A stretch of 64,000 nt of DNA from an uncultured Gammaproteobacteria bacterium. GTDB lineage: Bacteria > Pseudomonadota > Gammaproteobacteria > Steroidobacterales > Steroidobacteraceae. Made by a program: the position numbers and the translations under genes. Location of the stretch: contig CAVSZE010000008.1 in assembly GCA_963732375.1 (NCBI GenBank), forward strand, positions 3,940 to 67,939, given 5' to 3'. The notes under the pieces were generated by a model, which had not been told where the DNA came from, ran no database searches, and was given only the letters and a program-made list of their open reading frames with translations. Shown here piece after piece: positions 20,509 to 29,253 of the stretch; the stretch's first letter is position 1; each line of letters opens with the position of its first letter.

Positions 20509-21837
20509 TCACTGCCGGGGAGCGGCAGGTGACACGCGCCAGATGACATTGCCAACATCGTCCGCGACGAGCAGCGCGCCCGTCCGGTCCACCGCCACGC
20601 CGACGGGACGGCCCATGGCGTTGCCCTGCGCGTCTACGAAACCTGTCAGGACCTCTTCAGGTGCTCCCACCGGATGCCCATCGGCAAAAGCCACAAATAT
20701 GACCTTGTAGCCGCTCCTCGGCTGCCGATTCCAGGACCCGTGCTGGCCAATGAACACCCCGCCGGCATAGCGCTGCGGAAGCAGGCCACCCCGATAGAAC
20801 ACCAGCCCGAGCGAAGCAGTGTGTGCGCCGAGCGCGTAGTCAGGCACGACGGCACGAGCGACCAGGTCGGGGCGCTGGGGCGTCACCCGCGCATCGACGT
20901 GCTGGCCGTAATAGCTGTAGGGCCAGCCGTAGAATGCGCCGTCCTGCACCGCTGTCATGAAGTCGGGAACGAGGTCGCTGCCAATTTCATCGCGCTCGTT
21001 GACGGCGGTCCACAGCGCGCCGGTTTGAGGCTCCCAGTCCAGCCCGTTTGGATTGCGGAGTCCGGACGCGAAGAGCCGCGAATCGCCGGTTGCGAGGTCA
21101 ACTTCCAGGATGGCAGCACGATTGACCTCGTTCTCCATGCCGTTTTCGCCCACATTGCTGTTCGAGCCGACCGTTACGTAGAGGCGCGATCCATCCCGGC
21201 TGGCAATGATGTTCCTGGTCCAGTGGTGGTTGATCGTGCCCGCGGGCAGATCGACGACCTTCTGGCCGGACGCCGTAATCTGCATGTCACCCGCGTTGTA
21301 GGGGAAACGCATGACCGAATCGGTGTTGGCGACATAAAGCTCATTGCCGACCAGAGCCATGCCGAAAGGTGAATTCAGCCCGGTCAGGAACGCGGTTCGA
21401 GTCTCAGCGATGCCGTCCCCGTTGCTGTCGCGCAGTAGCGTGATACGGTTCGCGCTCGGGACTGTCGCTCCGGCCCGCTCCATGACCAGGTTCATCACCC
21501 AGCCCTTGAGGCCGCTCGTGTCACCCGGGCGGGGCGGGCCGTTGCTCTCCGCGACGAGTACGTCGCCATTGGGAAGCACGTACAGCCAGCGGGGGTGATC
21601 GAGGCCGGCCGCGTACGCATTCACCGCCAGTCCGGCAGCTGCCACCGGCGTCGTTTCCGATGGCCAGCCCTTCGCTGGAGCGATGTGAACCGTCGGTATC
21701 AGTGTCTGGTGCGGCGGTGGCAGTGCCGGTTCGGGGCCGAAGCCCGCGCTCGCGGGCAATGTCGCCAGGTCGCCACAGCCAGCTAGACCGAGCAGCAGGA
21801 GTCCAGTGACCCAGGGGCCGCAGGTGGGCCTGGCCAT
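20509..21837 (-). CDS. PQQ-dependent sugar (sorbosone/glucose) dehydrogenase family lipoprotein
   Basis: Lipobox LGLAGC. Beta-propeller family text [52 protein letters not shown] at 21837 (a GTG at 21861 is also possible). Confidence 0.8.
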   Translation of the reverse strand: MARPTCGPWVTGLLLLGLAGCGDLATLPASAGFGPEPALPPPHQTLIPTVHIAPAKGWPSETTPVAAAGLAVNAYAAGLDHPRWLYVLPNGDVLVAESNGPPRPGDTSGLKGWVMNLVMERAGATVPSANRITLLRDSNGDGIAETRTAFLTGLNSPFGMALVGNELYVANTDSVMRFPYNAGDMQITASGQKVVDLPAGTINHHWTRNIIASRDGSRLYVTVGSNSNVGENGMENEVNRAAILEVDLATGDSRLFASGLRNPNGLDWEPQTGALWTAVNERDEIGSDLVPDFMTAVQDGAFYGWPYSYYGQHVDARVTPQRPDLVARAVVPDYALGAHTASLGLVFYRGGLLPQRYAGGVFIGQHGSWNRQPRSGYKVIFVAFADGHPVGAPEEVLTGFVDAQGNAMGRPVGVAVDRTGALLVADDVGNVIWRVSPAAPRQ

Positions 21838-21895
21838 CAACAACCGTTGTCTTCGTGGCACAGGCGTGGTCGCCGCGTATTGCAGTAGCAGTCGC

Positions 21896-22297
21896 TCAAA
21901 AACCCGCTCTCGGCCGGCCGCGCGCGCGGTAAACGGCTCGACGCCGCTGCTTCATGTCCTTGCGCAGCAACGTGAACGTGATCGTGAGTCCGAGGGCGAT
22001 CATCACCATCATCAGCACGGCGACCGCAATCTGCGCCACCGTCCACACCGGATCCGAGAGCTCGTCCGGCAGCGATACCACCGCGGACTGCCGGACATCG
22101 CTTGTGTCCCAGCTGTAGGATTTATCGAGATCGGTGCTGGATGCGTGTTCCCTGCCGGTGCCGGCTGGGGTGTTTGCCGATTGAGGCGCGTCGCTCGGTG
22201 GCGATCGATCCACTGCGCCGGAGGCGACTGCCATGCCCGGCAGGGCGACGAGCCCAATCAGTGATGTGAAGACCAGCGAACGAAGCAAGCTCGGCAT
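21896..22297 (-). CDS. Hypothetical bitopic membrane protein (signal peptide plus C-terminal TM)
   Basis: ATG at 22297 after [30 protein letters not shown] signal and a C-terminal helix [22 protein letters not shown]. Confidence 0.5.
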   Translation of the reverse strand: MPSLLRSLVFTSLIGLVALPGMAVASGAVDRSPPSDAPQSANTPAGTGREHASSTDLDKSYSWDTSDVRQSAVVSLPDELSDPVWTVAQIAVAVLMMVMIALGLTITFTLLRKDMKQRRRAVYRARGRPRAGF

Positions 22298-22460
22298 TAC
22301 GGTTGTCCTTGCGCACGAACGGTCAACCGGAGGCAACCGGGTCGCGCAGGAACATGTATAGGCGCGCCCGCCGAAATGTTCTGTACGCCAGCGAACGGAG
22401 CAGTCAGGCCGACGAGTTCGGACCTTGGCGAGGTTGCAATGTTCCCCGGGGTCCTTTGGA

Positions 22461-23186
22461 CTACTGGTGCGCAAACTCCAGCAGGCGATCGGTTTCCTTC
22501 CTGACCACGGCGTAGCACTCGCAACACAGTCTTTCGAGCGCCGGCCGGTCCAGAACGGCGATGTGTCCGCGGCTGTGACTGATGACGCCAAGCTTCTGCA
22601 GCTTTCTGACCGCCCCGGTCACGCTTTCACGGCGGACGCCGAGCATGTTGGCAATGAGGTCCTGGGTGATCGTCAATTCGCTGGACGGCAGTCGGTCCAG
22701 GACCAGCAGCAGCCAGCGGCACAATTGCTGGTCCACCGAGTGATGCCGGTTGCAGACGACGGTCTGGGCCGTCAGTGTAATGAGCGCCTGCGTGTAGAGC
22801 AGCATTACGTGCTGAAGCGCGCCGCCGCGTGCAAATTCCTTCGTCAAGAGGTCGCTCGTGAGGCGCCAGGCCCAGCCTTGCATCTCTACGATTGCCCGGT
22901 TTGGCCGCGAATCACCGCCCATGAAAAGCGCAATGCCGACAAGCCCCTCGTTGCCGACGATCGCGAACTCGGCGGAGGCACCCTCAGCCGTCAGGTACTC
23001 GAGCGAGACGATGGCCGTAGTCGGGAAGTATGCGTCCTTGAGCTTCACGCCGGGCTCGTACAGGACCTGGCCTTGCTTGAGGAATACCGGCTGAAGGCTC
23101 GGCTGCAAACGCTCGCGCTCGCAATCCGGGAGTGCGGCCAGCAATTTGTTGTCGCGAACTTCCGCCGATGGATCGGCAGTCGTCAT
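22461..23186 (-). CDS. Crp/Fnr-family transcriptional regulator, paralog 1
   Basis: cNMP-binding-like N-domain. C-terminal HTH ITQDLIANMLGVRRESVTGAVRKLQKLGVI. Family text CNRHHSVDQQLCRWLL. C-terminal LERLCCECY. Confidence 0.85.
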   Translation of the reverse strand: MTTADPSAEVRDNKLLAALPDCERERLQPSLQPVFLKQGQVLYEPGVKLKDAYFPTTAIVSLEYLTAEGASAEFAIVGNEGLVGIALFMGGDSRPNRAIVEMQGWAWRLTSDLLTKEFARGGALQHVMLLYTQALITLTAQTVVCNRHHSVDQQLCRWLLLVLDRLPSSELTITQDLIANMLGVRRESVTGAVRKLQKLGVISHSRGHIAVLDRPALERLCCECYAVVRKETDRLLEFAHQ

Positions 23187-23435
23187 TGGCATCCCTCTCG
23201 CCCGATCAAACGACGGTACCCAACCTGCATGCATGACGTAAACTTGGCATCTACGTACGGTGTCGTATGTGAATCGTCATCATCTGCGGGATCGATTCGT
23301 TATCCAGTCGTCGCGCTGTTCCTTCGCTCGCCGAAACGCGTCTCAAGTGCGGCGTCCACACCCGTTCTGCAGAGAATTCGCGACCCAGGGTCTGTCGCCT
23401 CGGGCGTCCGTCGGTCGGCGGTCATCGGTGCGGTC

Positions 23436-24158
23436 ATGAAGTTCGATCTTGTGGAGGAAATCGCCAAGCTGGCTGTCATCGTCGCGGTCCTGTATCTCGC
23501 GTTCGGTGCACTCGTACGCGGTGGCCGCGCGGCCTGGTCGACACCCCTGTCGAAGCGCGGAGTGACGAGCCTGATCGCGCTTGTCCTTCTTGTCGCGGCC
23601 ATGGAGGTTGCCGAGGATGCATTGGGCGGAGAAACCGGTCCGATCGACCAGGCGGTGCTGCTTTTTATCCGCCGGCACGTTCCGGTTACGCTGACAGGGT
23701 ACTTTGAAGCGGTGTCGTTTACCGGGTCGGCGAACTTTCTTATTCCGCTCACGATCGTCACCATGATCGCGTTTCTATTGGCCGGACGTCGCTTCGAGGC
23801 GCTGCTTATCACTGCGTCGGTGACAAGCAGTGCGATCGTGGTCTATGTCGTCAAGATGATTGCTGGCCGGGCTAGACCGGCGCTCTGGTCCAGCGATTGG
23901 TATTGGGGATCCAGCTTTCCCAGCGGTCATACTCTAGTCGTCACGTCATTTGCCATCGCGGCATCGATCTGTGTCGGCCGGATGTGGCCCGCAGGCCACA
24001 AGCTCGCGCTGTCGGTGGCGTTCCTGTGGATCTCCCTTATTGCGTTGTCGCGCCTGGTGCTGGGCGTCCACTGGCCAACCGACGTATTGGCCGCCGCGTG
24101 CATCGGAACATGCCTGCCGTTGGCGATCGCGGTGGTGCTCGAGCCGCGACGCACCTGA
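23436..24158 (+). CDS. PAP2-family (acid phosphatase / lipid phosphate phosphatase) membrane protein
   Basis: Motifs KMIAGRARP, PSGH, SRLVLGVHWPTD. Multiple TM helices. The long upstream part of the 577-aa ORF is antisense to the crp paralog. Confidence 0.85.
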   Translation: MKFDLVEEIAKLAVIVAVLYLAFGALVRGGRAAWSTPLSKRGVTSLIALVLLVAAMEVAEDALGGETGPIDQAVLLFIRRHVPVTLTGYFEAVSFTGSANFLIPLTIVTMIAFLLAGRRFEALLITASVTSSAIVVYVVKMIAGRARPALWSSDWYWGSSFPSGHTLVVTSFAIAASICVGRMWPAGHKLALSVAFLWISLIALSRLVLGVHWPTDVLAAACIGTCLPLAIAVVLEPRRT

Positions 24159-24341
24159 CCCTCCGGACGCGCGACGCAGAGCCTGCGTAAGCACGTCACT
24201 CCAGGAAATCAAGCACTTGGCAGCGTGTCCGTGCGCTGGCGGACAGACCCTGTCCGCTCGTGCGCCTATTCTTCATTTGACAGCCGGACACGTGGTTCGG
24301 TGCGTCACAGAACGATTCAAAGACACCATCGAGGAAAAATC

Positions 24342-24524
24342 ATGAGCACGAAGCATGTCGAAGGCCACATGAAGGAAGCCCAAGGCAAGGTCAAGGAGGT
24401 TGCGGGCAAGCTGGTGGGCAACGAAAGTCTCGAAGCGAAGGGCAAGGCCGAGAAGATCGCCGGCAAGCACCAGGCGGCCCGTGCCGACCTCAAGGAAGAC
24501 GTCAAGAAGCTGGCTGACGCGTGA
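24342..24524 (+). CDS. CsbD-family stress protein
   Basis: MSTKHVEGHMKEAQGKVKEVAGKLVGNESLEAKGKAEKIAGK is the typical CsbD repeat pattern. Confidence 0.85.
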   Translation: MSTKHVEGHMKEAQGKVKEVAGKLVGNESLEAKGKAEKIAGKHQAARADLKEDVKKLADA

Positions 24525-24649
24525 TTGACGAGTGACCGGCAGAGTCCGGGGTCCCGGCGTCAGCTTGTGCAGGCGCCGGGCTGCACCGCGCGGTAAAGGC
24601 ATGCGCACCCGCCACTGAATTGCCGCAACTCAGCACATGAGGGAAAGCC

Positions 24650-24826
24650 ATGAACAAGAAGCAGATCAAGAGCCGAGTGAAGGCCGTCGAAGGACGGATC
24701 AAGGAAGTGACCGGCAAGCTTGTCGGCAACAAGGCCATGGAAAAGAAAGGCGTTGCCGAGAAGAACGCCGCCGATAAGAAGGTCCTGTATGAGGACCTGA
24801 AGGAAGACATCAGGAACCTGGCCTGA
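24650..24826 (+). CDS. CsbD-family stress protein (58 aa, second copy)
   Basis: ATG at 24650 after GAGGGAAAG. MNKKQIKSRVKAVEGRIKEVTGKLVGNKAMEKKGVAEKNAADKK... Below the ORF-track cut-off. Confidence 0.75.
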   Translation: MNKKQIKSRVKAVEGRIKEVTGKLVGNKAMEKKGVAEKNAADKKVLYEDLKEDIRNLA

Positions 24827-25826
24827 CGGCCTGGATTCCGCGCGTCGCTTCGCTGATCGATCGCGCCTCGATATAGATGCGGGTGATCTTCGGGTATCGC
24901 GACCTGATGTCCCGCTCGATGCTCGCAACTGCGGCGACGATGTCGTCGGCCGTTGACTTCCGCTCGAAACCGACGTCGAGCGTCAGCAGTATTTCATCTG
25001 GTCCCAGGTACATCGAAAGCGGGGCGGCTGCTGCGCGCACGTGCGGGTTGCGCAAGGCGATATCCCGGATCGCACTCGCCGTTTCCGGCCGGACACCCTC
25101 GCCGATGAGCAGGCCCCTCGATTCGCGAATCAACAGCACGGCCACGCCCGCCAGCATGACGCCGATCGCGACCGATGCCGCTCCATCGACTATGGGCAGA
25201 TCGAGGCGATGACTCAGGTAGACGCCGACGGCCGCCACTGCCAGGCCGGCGAGCGCGGCGGCGTCTTCGGCAAGCACCGTATAGGTCGTGGGGTCCTTGC
25301 TGGACTTGAGCGAGCGCCAGAATGGGACGTCGCGGTTCGTCCTGAGAAACTGGCGCAGTGCGATCGCGAAGCTCCCGCTTTCGAACACCGCCGCTGCGCC
25401 GAGCACGACGTAATTCCAGGTGGGATCCCGCAGCGGAAGTGGATGAAGCATGTGCAGAACTCCCTCGTAGGCCGAAATTCCGCCGCCTAGTCCGAAAATC
25501 AGCACCGCGACCATGAGGCTCCAGAAGTACAGTTCCTTGCCATGCCCGAAGGGGTGTTCGGGTGTGGCTTGCCGCTGGCTCAGCTTCATTCCTACAAGCA
25601 GCAGCACGCCGTTTCCGGTATCGACGACGGAATGAATTCCCTCCGACAGCATCGCGGAACTGCCGGTGACCGCGGCAGCAATGAACTTCGTCACTGCGAT
25701 GGCGAGGTTCGCAGCGATCGCACCGTAGACCACGAGTCTTGACTCAGTCACCAGGGCACCATAGCGACCCGGCTCGGTGCTGTCTGTATGCCTGAGGACC
25801 GTTGCTGCTGGCGGAACGCAAGCCAT
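24810..25826 (-). CDS. Cation diffusion facilitator (CDF) family metal efflux transporter
   Basis: IAANLAIAVTKFIAAAVTGSSAMLSEGIHSVVDTGN and HPFGHGKELYFWS are CDF signatures. Start uncertain (ATG at 25826 chosen; the ORF extends to 25973). Confidence 0.8.
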   Translation of the reverse strand: MACVPPAATVLRHTDSTEPGRYGALVTESRLVVYGAIAANLAIAVTKFIAAAVTGSSAMLSEGIHSVVDTGNGVLLLVGMKLSQRQATPEHPFGHGKELYFWSLMVAVLIFGLGGGISAYEGVLHMLHPLPLRDPTWNYVVLGAAAVFESGSFAIALRQFLRTNRDVPFWRSLKSSKDPTTYTVLAEDAAALAGLAVAAVGVYLSHRLDLPIVDGAASVAIGVMLAGVAVLLIRESRGLLIGEGVRPETASAIRDIALRNPHVRAAAAPLSMYLGPDEILLTLDVGFERKSTADDIVAAVASIERDIRSRYPKITRIYIEARSISEATRGIQAVRPGS

Positions 25827-25914
25827 TGATTGTGGTGTGGTTGCGGTAGCGCGGCAGCGCGCCGCTCGGTTCCCCACAGGGGTCGAATCGTGCGCAGGCG
25901 AGCATAATTCGCCC

Positions 25915-27045
25915 ATGAGCAAGCCACTCGTGTTCCTGGTGCCGGGCTTCCTCGGATTCACGACCGTCGGCACGATCAGTTACTTCGAGGACGTCGAGCG
26001 CTCGCTTGGACTCGCGCTGCGCAAGCGCGGTGTCGAGGCACGCATAGTATGTTGCACGACGCAGCCGACGGCTTCGATCCCGCGACGGGCCAGCGCGCTG
26101 TGCCGCCAGGTGGTGAGCAACGGCGGCCTCAGTGCCCGCGACCTGCACTTCGTCGGCCATTCAACGGGTGGACTCGACGTGCGCATGCTCCTGACGCCTG
26201 GCGTGAAGTTCGCAAGCGGTGATTCCGGGGAGCGCATTGCCCGGCGGACCCGGTCAGCCACTTCCGTGAGTACGCCGCATCATGGAACGCCTCTCGCCAA
26301 CCACTTCATTTCGGTCAAGGGCCAGATGCTTTTGCTGATGTTGAGCGCGCTCGCTACGTCGGGGGAGGGCCGCCGAGCGATTTTCGCCGCAAGCAAGGCC
26401 ATCGGGGTCGTCGCAAGGCTCGACGACCGGCTGGGTCGAAGTGGAAGCCTGCTCGATAGAATTGCCGGTGGGCTGTTGCGAGGGATCAGCGTCGACCGGA
26501 GAGACCCCCTGTGGAAATACCTGCGCGACATCGAGCAGGACCAGGGTGCGCTGCTGCAGCTCACACCCGAGGGTATCGAGTTGTTCGACGCGGCCGTTTC
26601 CGATCGGGCCGGGATCCGCTATGGCTGTGTGGTAACGGGCGTACCCAGGCCGCGCGAGGATTTCAAGTTGAGGGAACTCCTCGATCCAGAGTACGTCGCA
26701 CTGCGCGCGCTTTTCAGGCTGCTGCACGGACTGACGGCCGAGTCGCATCCGCGCTACGCGTACCCGAAACCGTCGAAGGCGACGCAGCGGCTGCTCGATC
26801 GAGGGCTTCGCTTCAAGGTGACGCCAGGCATCAGCGACGGAATCGTGCCGACGCTGAGCCAGCTGCATGGCCGGGTGGTGCACGTGGCACGCGCCGATCA
26901 CCTCGACGTGGTCGGTCATTTCACCCTCGCTGGCGGGAGTGCCGGGGACTGGTTGCCCTCGGGCGCTGGATTCACCCGCGAAGCCTTCGACGCAACGTGG
27001 GATGCGGTCGCCGCGGCGATTGCCAGCGGCAAAAACGATGCATGA
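25915..27045 (+). CDS. Alpha/beta hydrolase, lipase-like
   Basis: N-terminus PLVFLVPGFLGF and nucleophile elbow FVGHSTGG. Confidence 0.7.
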   Translation: MSKPLVFLVPGFLGFTTVGTISYFEDVERSLGLALRKRGVEARIVCCTTQPTASIPRRASALCRQVVSNGGLSARDLHFVGHSTGGLDVRMLLTPGVKFASGDSGERIARRTRSATSVSTPHHGTPLANHFISVKGQMLLLMLSALATSGEGRRAIFAASKAIGVVARLDDRLGRSGSLLDRIAGGLLRGISVDRRDPLWKYLRDIEQDQGALLQLTPEGIELFDAAVSDRAGIRYGCVVTGVPRPREDFKLRELLDPEYVALRALFRLLHGLTAESHPRYAYPKPSKATQRLLDRGLRFKVTPGISDGIVPTLSQLHGRVVHVARADHLDVVGHFTLAGGSAGDWLPSGAGFTREAFDATWDAVAAAIASGKNDA

Positions 27046-27060
27046 TCAGCGGGCCGGACG

Positions 27061-27327
27061 CTATTGCTTCTCTGCGATGACGCGACCATCTGCGTTTACG
27101 AATACACGGTAGTGATTGCCGTCCTCGCAAGACGCGATGTAATCGCTCTCGCCCTGCTGCTGGACGCTTACGACCTTCCCGCAGGGTAAGCCTTGCAGGG
27201 CGATCACTGCCGCCAGGTCCTTCGCCACTGGAACCGTGCTGCTCGCGGGATCTTCGGCGAGCGACAGGCCAGGACAAATCGCCGTCGACATGGCGATCAC
27301 CACCAGGCTCGTGTTACGTATTCTCAC
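27061..27327 (-). CDS. Small exported protein (88 aa), GTG start
   Basis: GTG at 27327 overlaps the upstream stop (GTGA) and follows AGGAG. Signal peptide VRIRNTSLVVIAMSTAICPGLSLA. Two Cys in the mature part. Confidence 0.55.
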   Translation of the reverse strand: MRIRNTSLVVIAMSTAICPGLSLAEDPASSTVPVAKDLAAVIALQGLPCGKVVSVQQQGESDYIASCEDGNHYRVFVNADGRVIAEKQ

Positions 27328-28073
27328 GGCAATACTCCTGCCATCAGATTGGATTCGTTGAATTTTTTTGGATCCGCCAGGATGCCCCATATTGCCTCGC
27401 GCGATGCAACGATGTCGCGGGCAAGCGCTGGATCACTGTCCTGCAGCAGGGCGAGCACCTTGAGCATCAGCAGGTTGTACGACTGTCGCAGCGCAGCGAG
27501 CGCCGGTGTCTGGCTCTTGTGATACGCGCGGAACTGATTCAGCAGGTCATCGACCTGGTTCTTGAGCGAAAGCTTGGTAAACACGCCGACCGCCTTGGTT
27601 TCGCGGAGTCGTGTTTCGAGCGACTTGAGGTCCAGCGGCGGCGTCGCCGGCCTGGCCGCGACGGGCGCCTGGGCTGCCTTCGGGGCCGTTGTCGGCGCGG
27701 GTGCGGGCGGCCGTGCTGGCGTGGCGACAGCGGAAGGCTGCGACCTGGCCACGGTGACCGGAGTAACTGCTGCGGAACTGCTCGCGACCTTCGGTGCAGC
27801 GGGCGGCGTCGCCGCGGCAGGCGTGGGCGGGCGCACCGGCTGTACCGGGGTGGGTGCAGTCGGCGCTGCGCGTGACTCCGGTGCCTCGGCGGCCGCGGGC
27901 ACAGGCGCTGGAACCTGGATCGGCGGCAGCTCAACGACCGGTCTCGAAACCTGTGTCGAAACCGGCGCCGTTGCAGGCGGCGTATCTTTCAAACCGGCGC
28001 AGCCCACCGCCAGCAGCAGTGACAGGCCGGCCGCTGTATGTGCTTGCCGACTCACGGCCCAACTCGCATTCAT
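27324..28073 (-). CDS. Pro/Ala-rich lipoprotein with conserved helical C-terminal domain
   Basis: Lipobox LLAVGC. About 130 aa of P/A/T-rich linker. C-terminal domain LDLKSLETRLRETKAVGVFTKLSLKNQVDDLLNQFRAYH... Confidence 0.6.
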   Translation of the reverse strand: MNASWAVSRQAHTAAGLSLLLAVGCAGLKDTPPATAPVSTQVSRPVVELPPIQVPAPVPAAAEAPESRAAPTAPTPVQPVRPPTPAAATPPAAPKVASSSAAVTPVTVARSQPSAVATPARPPAPAPTTAPKAAQAPVAARPATPPLDLKSLETRLRETKAVGVFTKLSLKNQVDDLLNQFRAYHKSQTPALAALRQSYNLLMLKVLALLQDSDPALARDIVASREAIWGILADPKKFNESNLMAGVLP

Positions 28074-28089
28074 GGATTGTCTCGAGCGC

Positions 28090-28572
28090 CTACTTGGTGG
28101 GAATCGACTCCATCATCATCTGGTCCTGCTGAACCATCAGTTCCAGCATCATCTGCATCATCATCATGTGCCCCTGCATCATCTCGCGGTGATTCATCAT
28201 GTCGCCACCGGCCATGGGCCTGCCGGGCGGCATCTGCATGTTGCTTGCCGGGGCACCGCTCATCGTCATGGGGCCCTTCATGTTGTGCATGAGCGTCATG
28301 CTGTCCTGAATGGTCTTCATGTGGTCTCGCATCAGCTCTCGGCGTCCTTTCGGGTCGGTCGTCGCGCGGAATCTCTCCATCTGCTGCTGTGCGGCGGACA
28401 TGTTCTCGCGCATCCGGGACACTTGTGCGTCCATCTCCGTGCTCATGGCAGGCGTGGCCGGAACGGCCGTGTCCTGTGCGGAAACCGGAGCGGCCACGTC
28501 CTGCGCATAGGCCGGAGTCACCGACGACACGGTCCAGGCAGTGATTGCAATGAGCAGAAATGTGGTTTTCAT
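28090..28572 (-). CDS. Exported, extremely methionine-rich protein
   Basis: Signal peptide MKTTFLLIAITAWTVSSVTPAYA. I count 29 Met in about 137 mature residues, ending ...GDMMNHREMMQGHMMMMQMMLELMVQQDQMMMES. RBS AAGGAA. Confidence 0.65.
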   Translation of the reverse strand: MKTTFLLIAITAWTVSSVTPAYAQDVAAPVSAQDTAVPATPAMSTEMDAQVSRMRENMSAAQQQMERFRATTDPKGRRELMRDHMKTIQDSMTLMHNMKGPMTMSGAPASNMQMPPGRPMAGGDMMNHREMMQGHMMMMQMMLELMVQQDQMMMESIPTK

Positions 28573-28594
28573 GTTTGGGATTCCTTGTAAAAGC

Positions 28595-28623
28595 GGCGCA
28601 CCACGCTTTTGACGTGGTGCGCC
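28595..28623 (-). terminator. Intrinsic terminator-like hairpin between the BON gene and the Met-rich gene
   Basis: On the reverse strand: GGCGCACCACG-tcaaaag-CGTGGTGCGCC, then GCTTTTA. An 11-bp perfect stem. Confidence 0.6.
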
Positions 28624-28672
28624 TCCGGGCGACGCATTCGGGGGTACGATGCGTGGGCCTCAAACCATGGCG

Positions 28673-29002
28673 TCAATCGTCTTTCTTGACGGTGAGCGTG
28701 CTGTGGACCGACTTCACTCCTTCGGTCGCGCGCGTGATCGAGATGGCCTGGTCGATCGCTTCCTGCGTATGGGCAGTGCCGCTCAGCCAGACGACGCCGT
28801 TCTTGTCGGTGTCGACGCTGATGTTCCCGAGGCTGTTGATGTGCTTCGCCGCCAACTGGGCCTTGACCGCCGTCGTGATCGCTGAATCCTTTACAAAGGC
28901 TTCGGGATTGGAGCGATCCGTGTCCGAGTCCGCGGCCACTGCCGCGACGGGACCAGCCAGCACGCCGGCAAGCAGAATGGAAATGGCAATTGTCGTTTTC
29001 AT
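28673..29002 (-). CDS. BON-domain exported protein (OsmY-like, single BON)
   Basis: Signal peptide, then DSAITTAVKAQLAA...ISVDTDKNGVVWLSGTAHTQEAIDQAISITRATEGVKSV. Confidence 0.8.
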   Translation of the reverse strand: MKTTIAISILLAGVLAGPVAAVAADSDTDRSNPEAFVKDSAITTAVKAQLAAKHINSLGNISVDTDKNGVVWLSGTAHTQEAIDQAISITRATEGVKSVHSTLTVKKDD

Positions 29003-29253
29003 GATCTTTCCGTACCTGTGTATGAACGGTTCGAATTGTCACGTGGGTGGCAATCGAAGTCGGTGCGGTATCGAACATTGGCCCCGAATGGCATTGCCGC
29101 CTCGAAGCGACACGGGTCGTTGAAGCGCCGCACCTTTTTTATGCGCTCTGCCGTACAGATCGGGGTACCGCGGCGATGCATAGTCATTTCCCGGCCCATG
29201 CGCCGGGCCACGCGGCCTGCGACACAGGGCGCATTCACTGCGGAAGGGAAGTC

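Noticed and set aside
22425-23435. N-terminal 337 codons of the 577-aa forward ORF that ends as the PAP2 gene
   Set aside because: This part is antisense to Crp/Fnr paralog 1 and has no protein-like features. The PAP2 homology starts at the ATG at 23436.
27562-28590. 342-aa forward ORF spanning the lipoprotein and Met-rich genes
   Set aside because: It lies antisense to two genes that have signal peptides, a lipobox and an RBS. Its His-rich stretch is just the complement of the Met codon runs (ATG/CAT).
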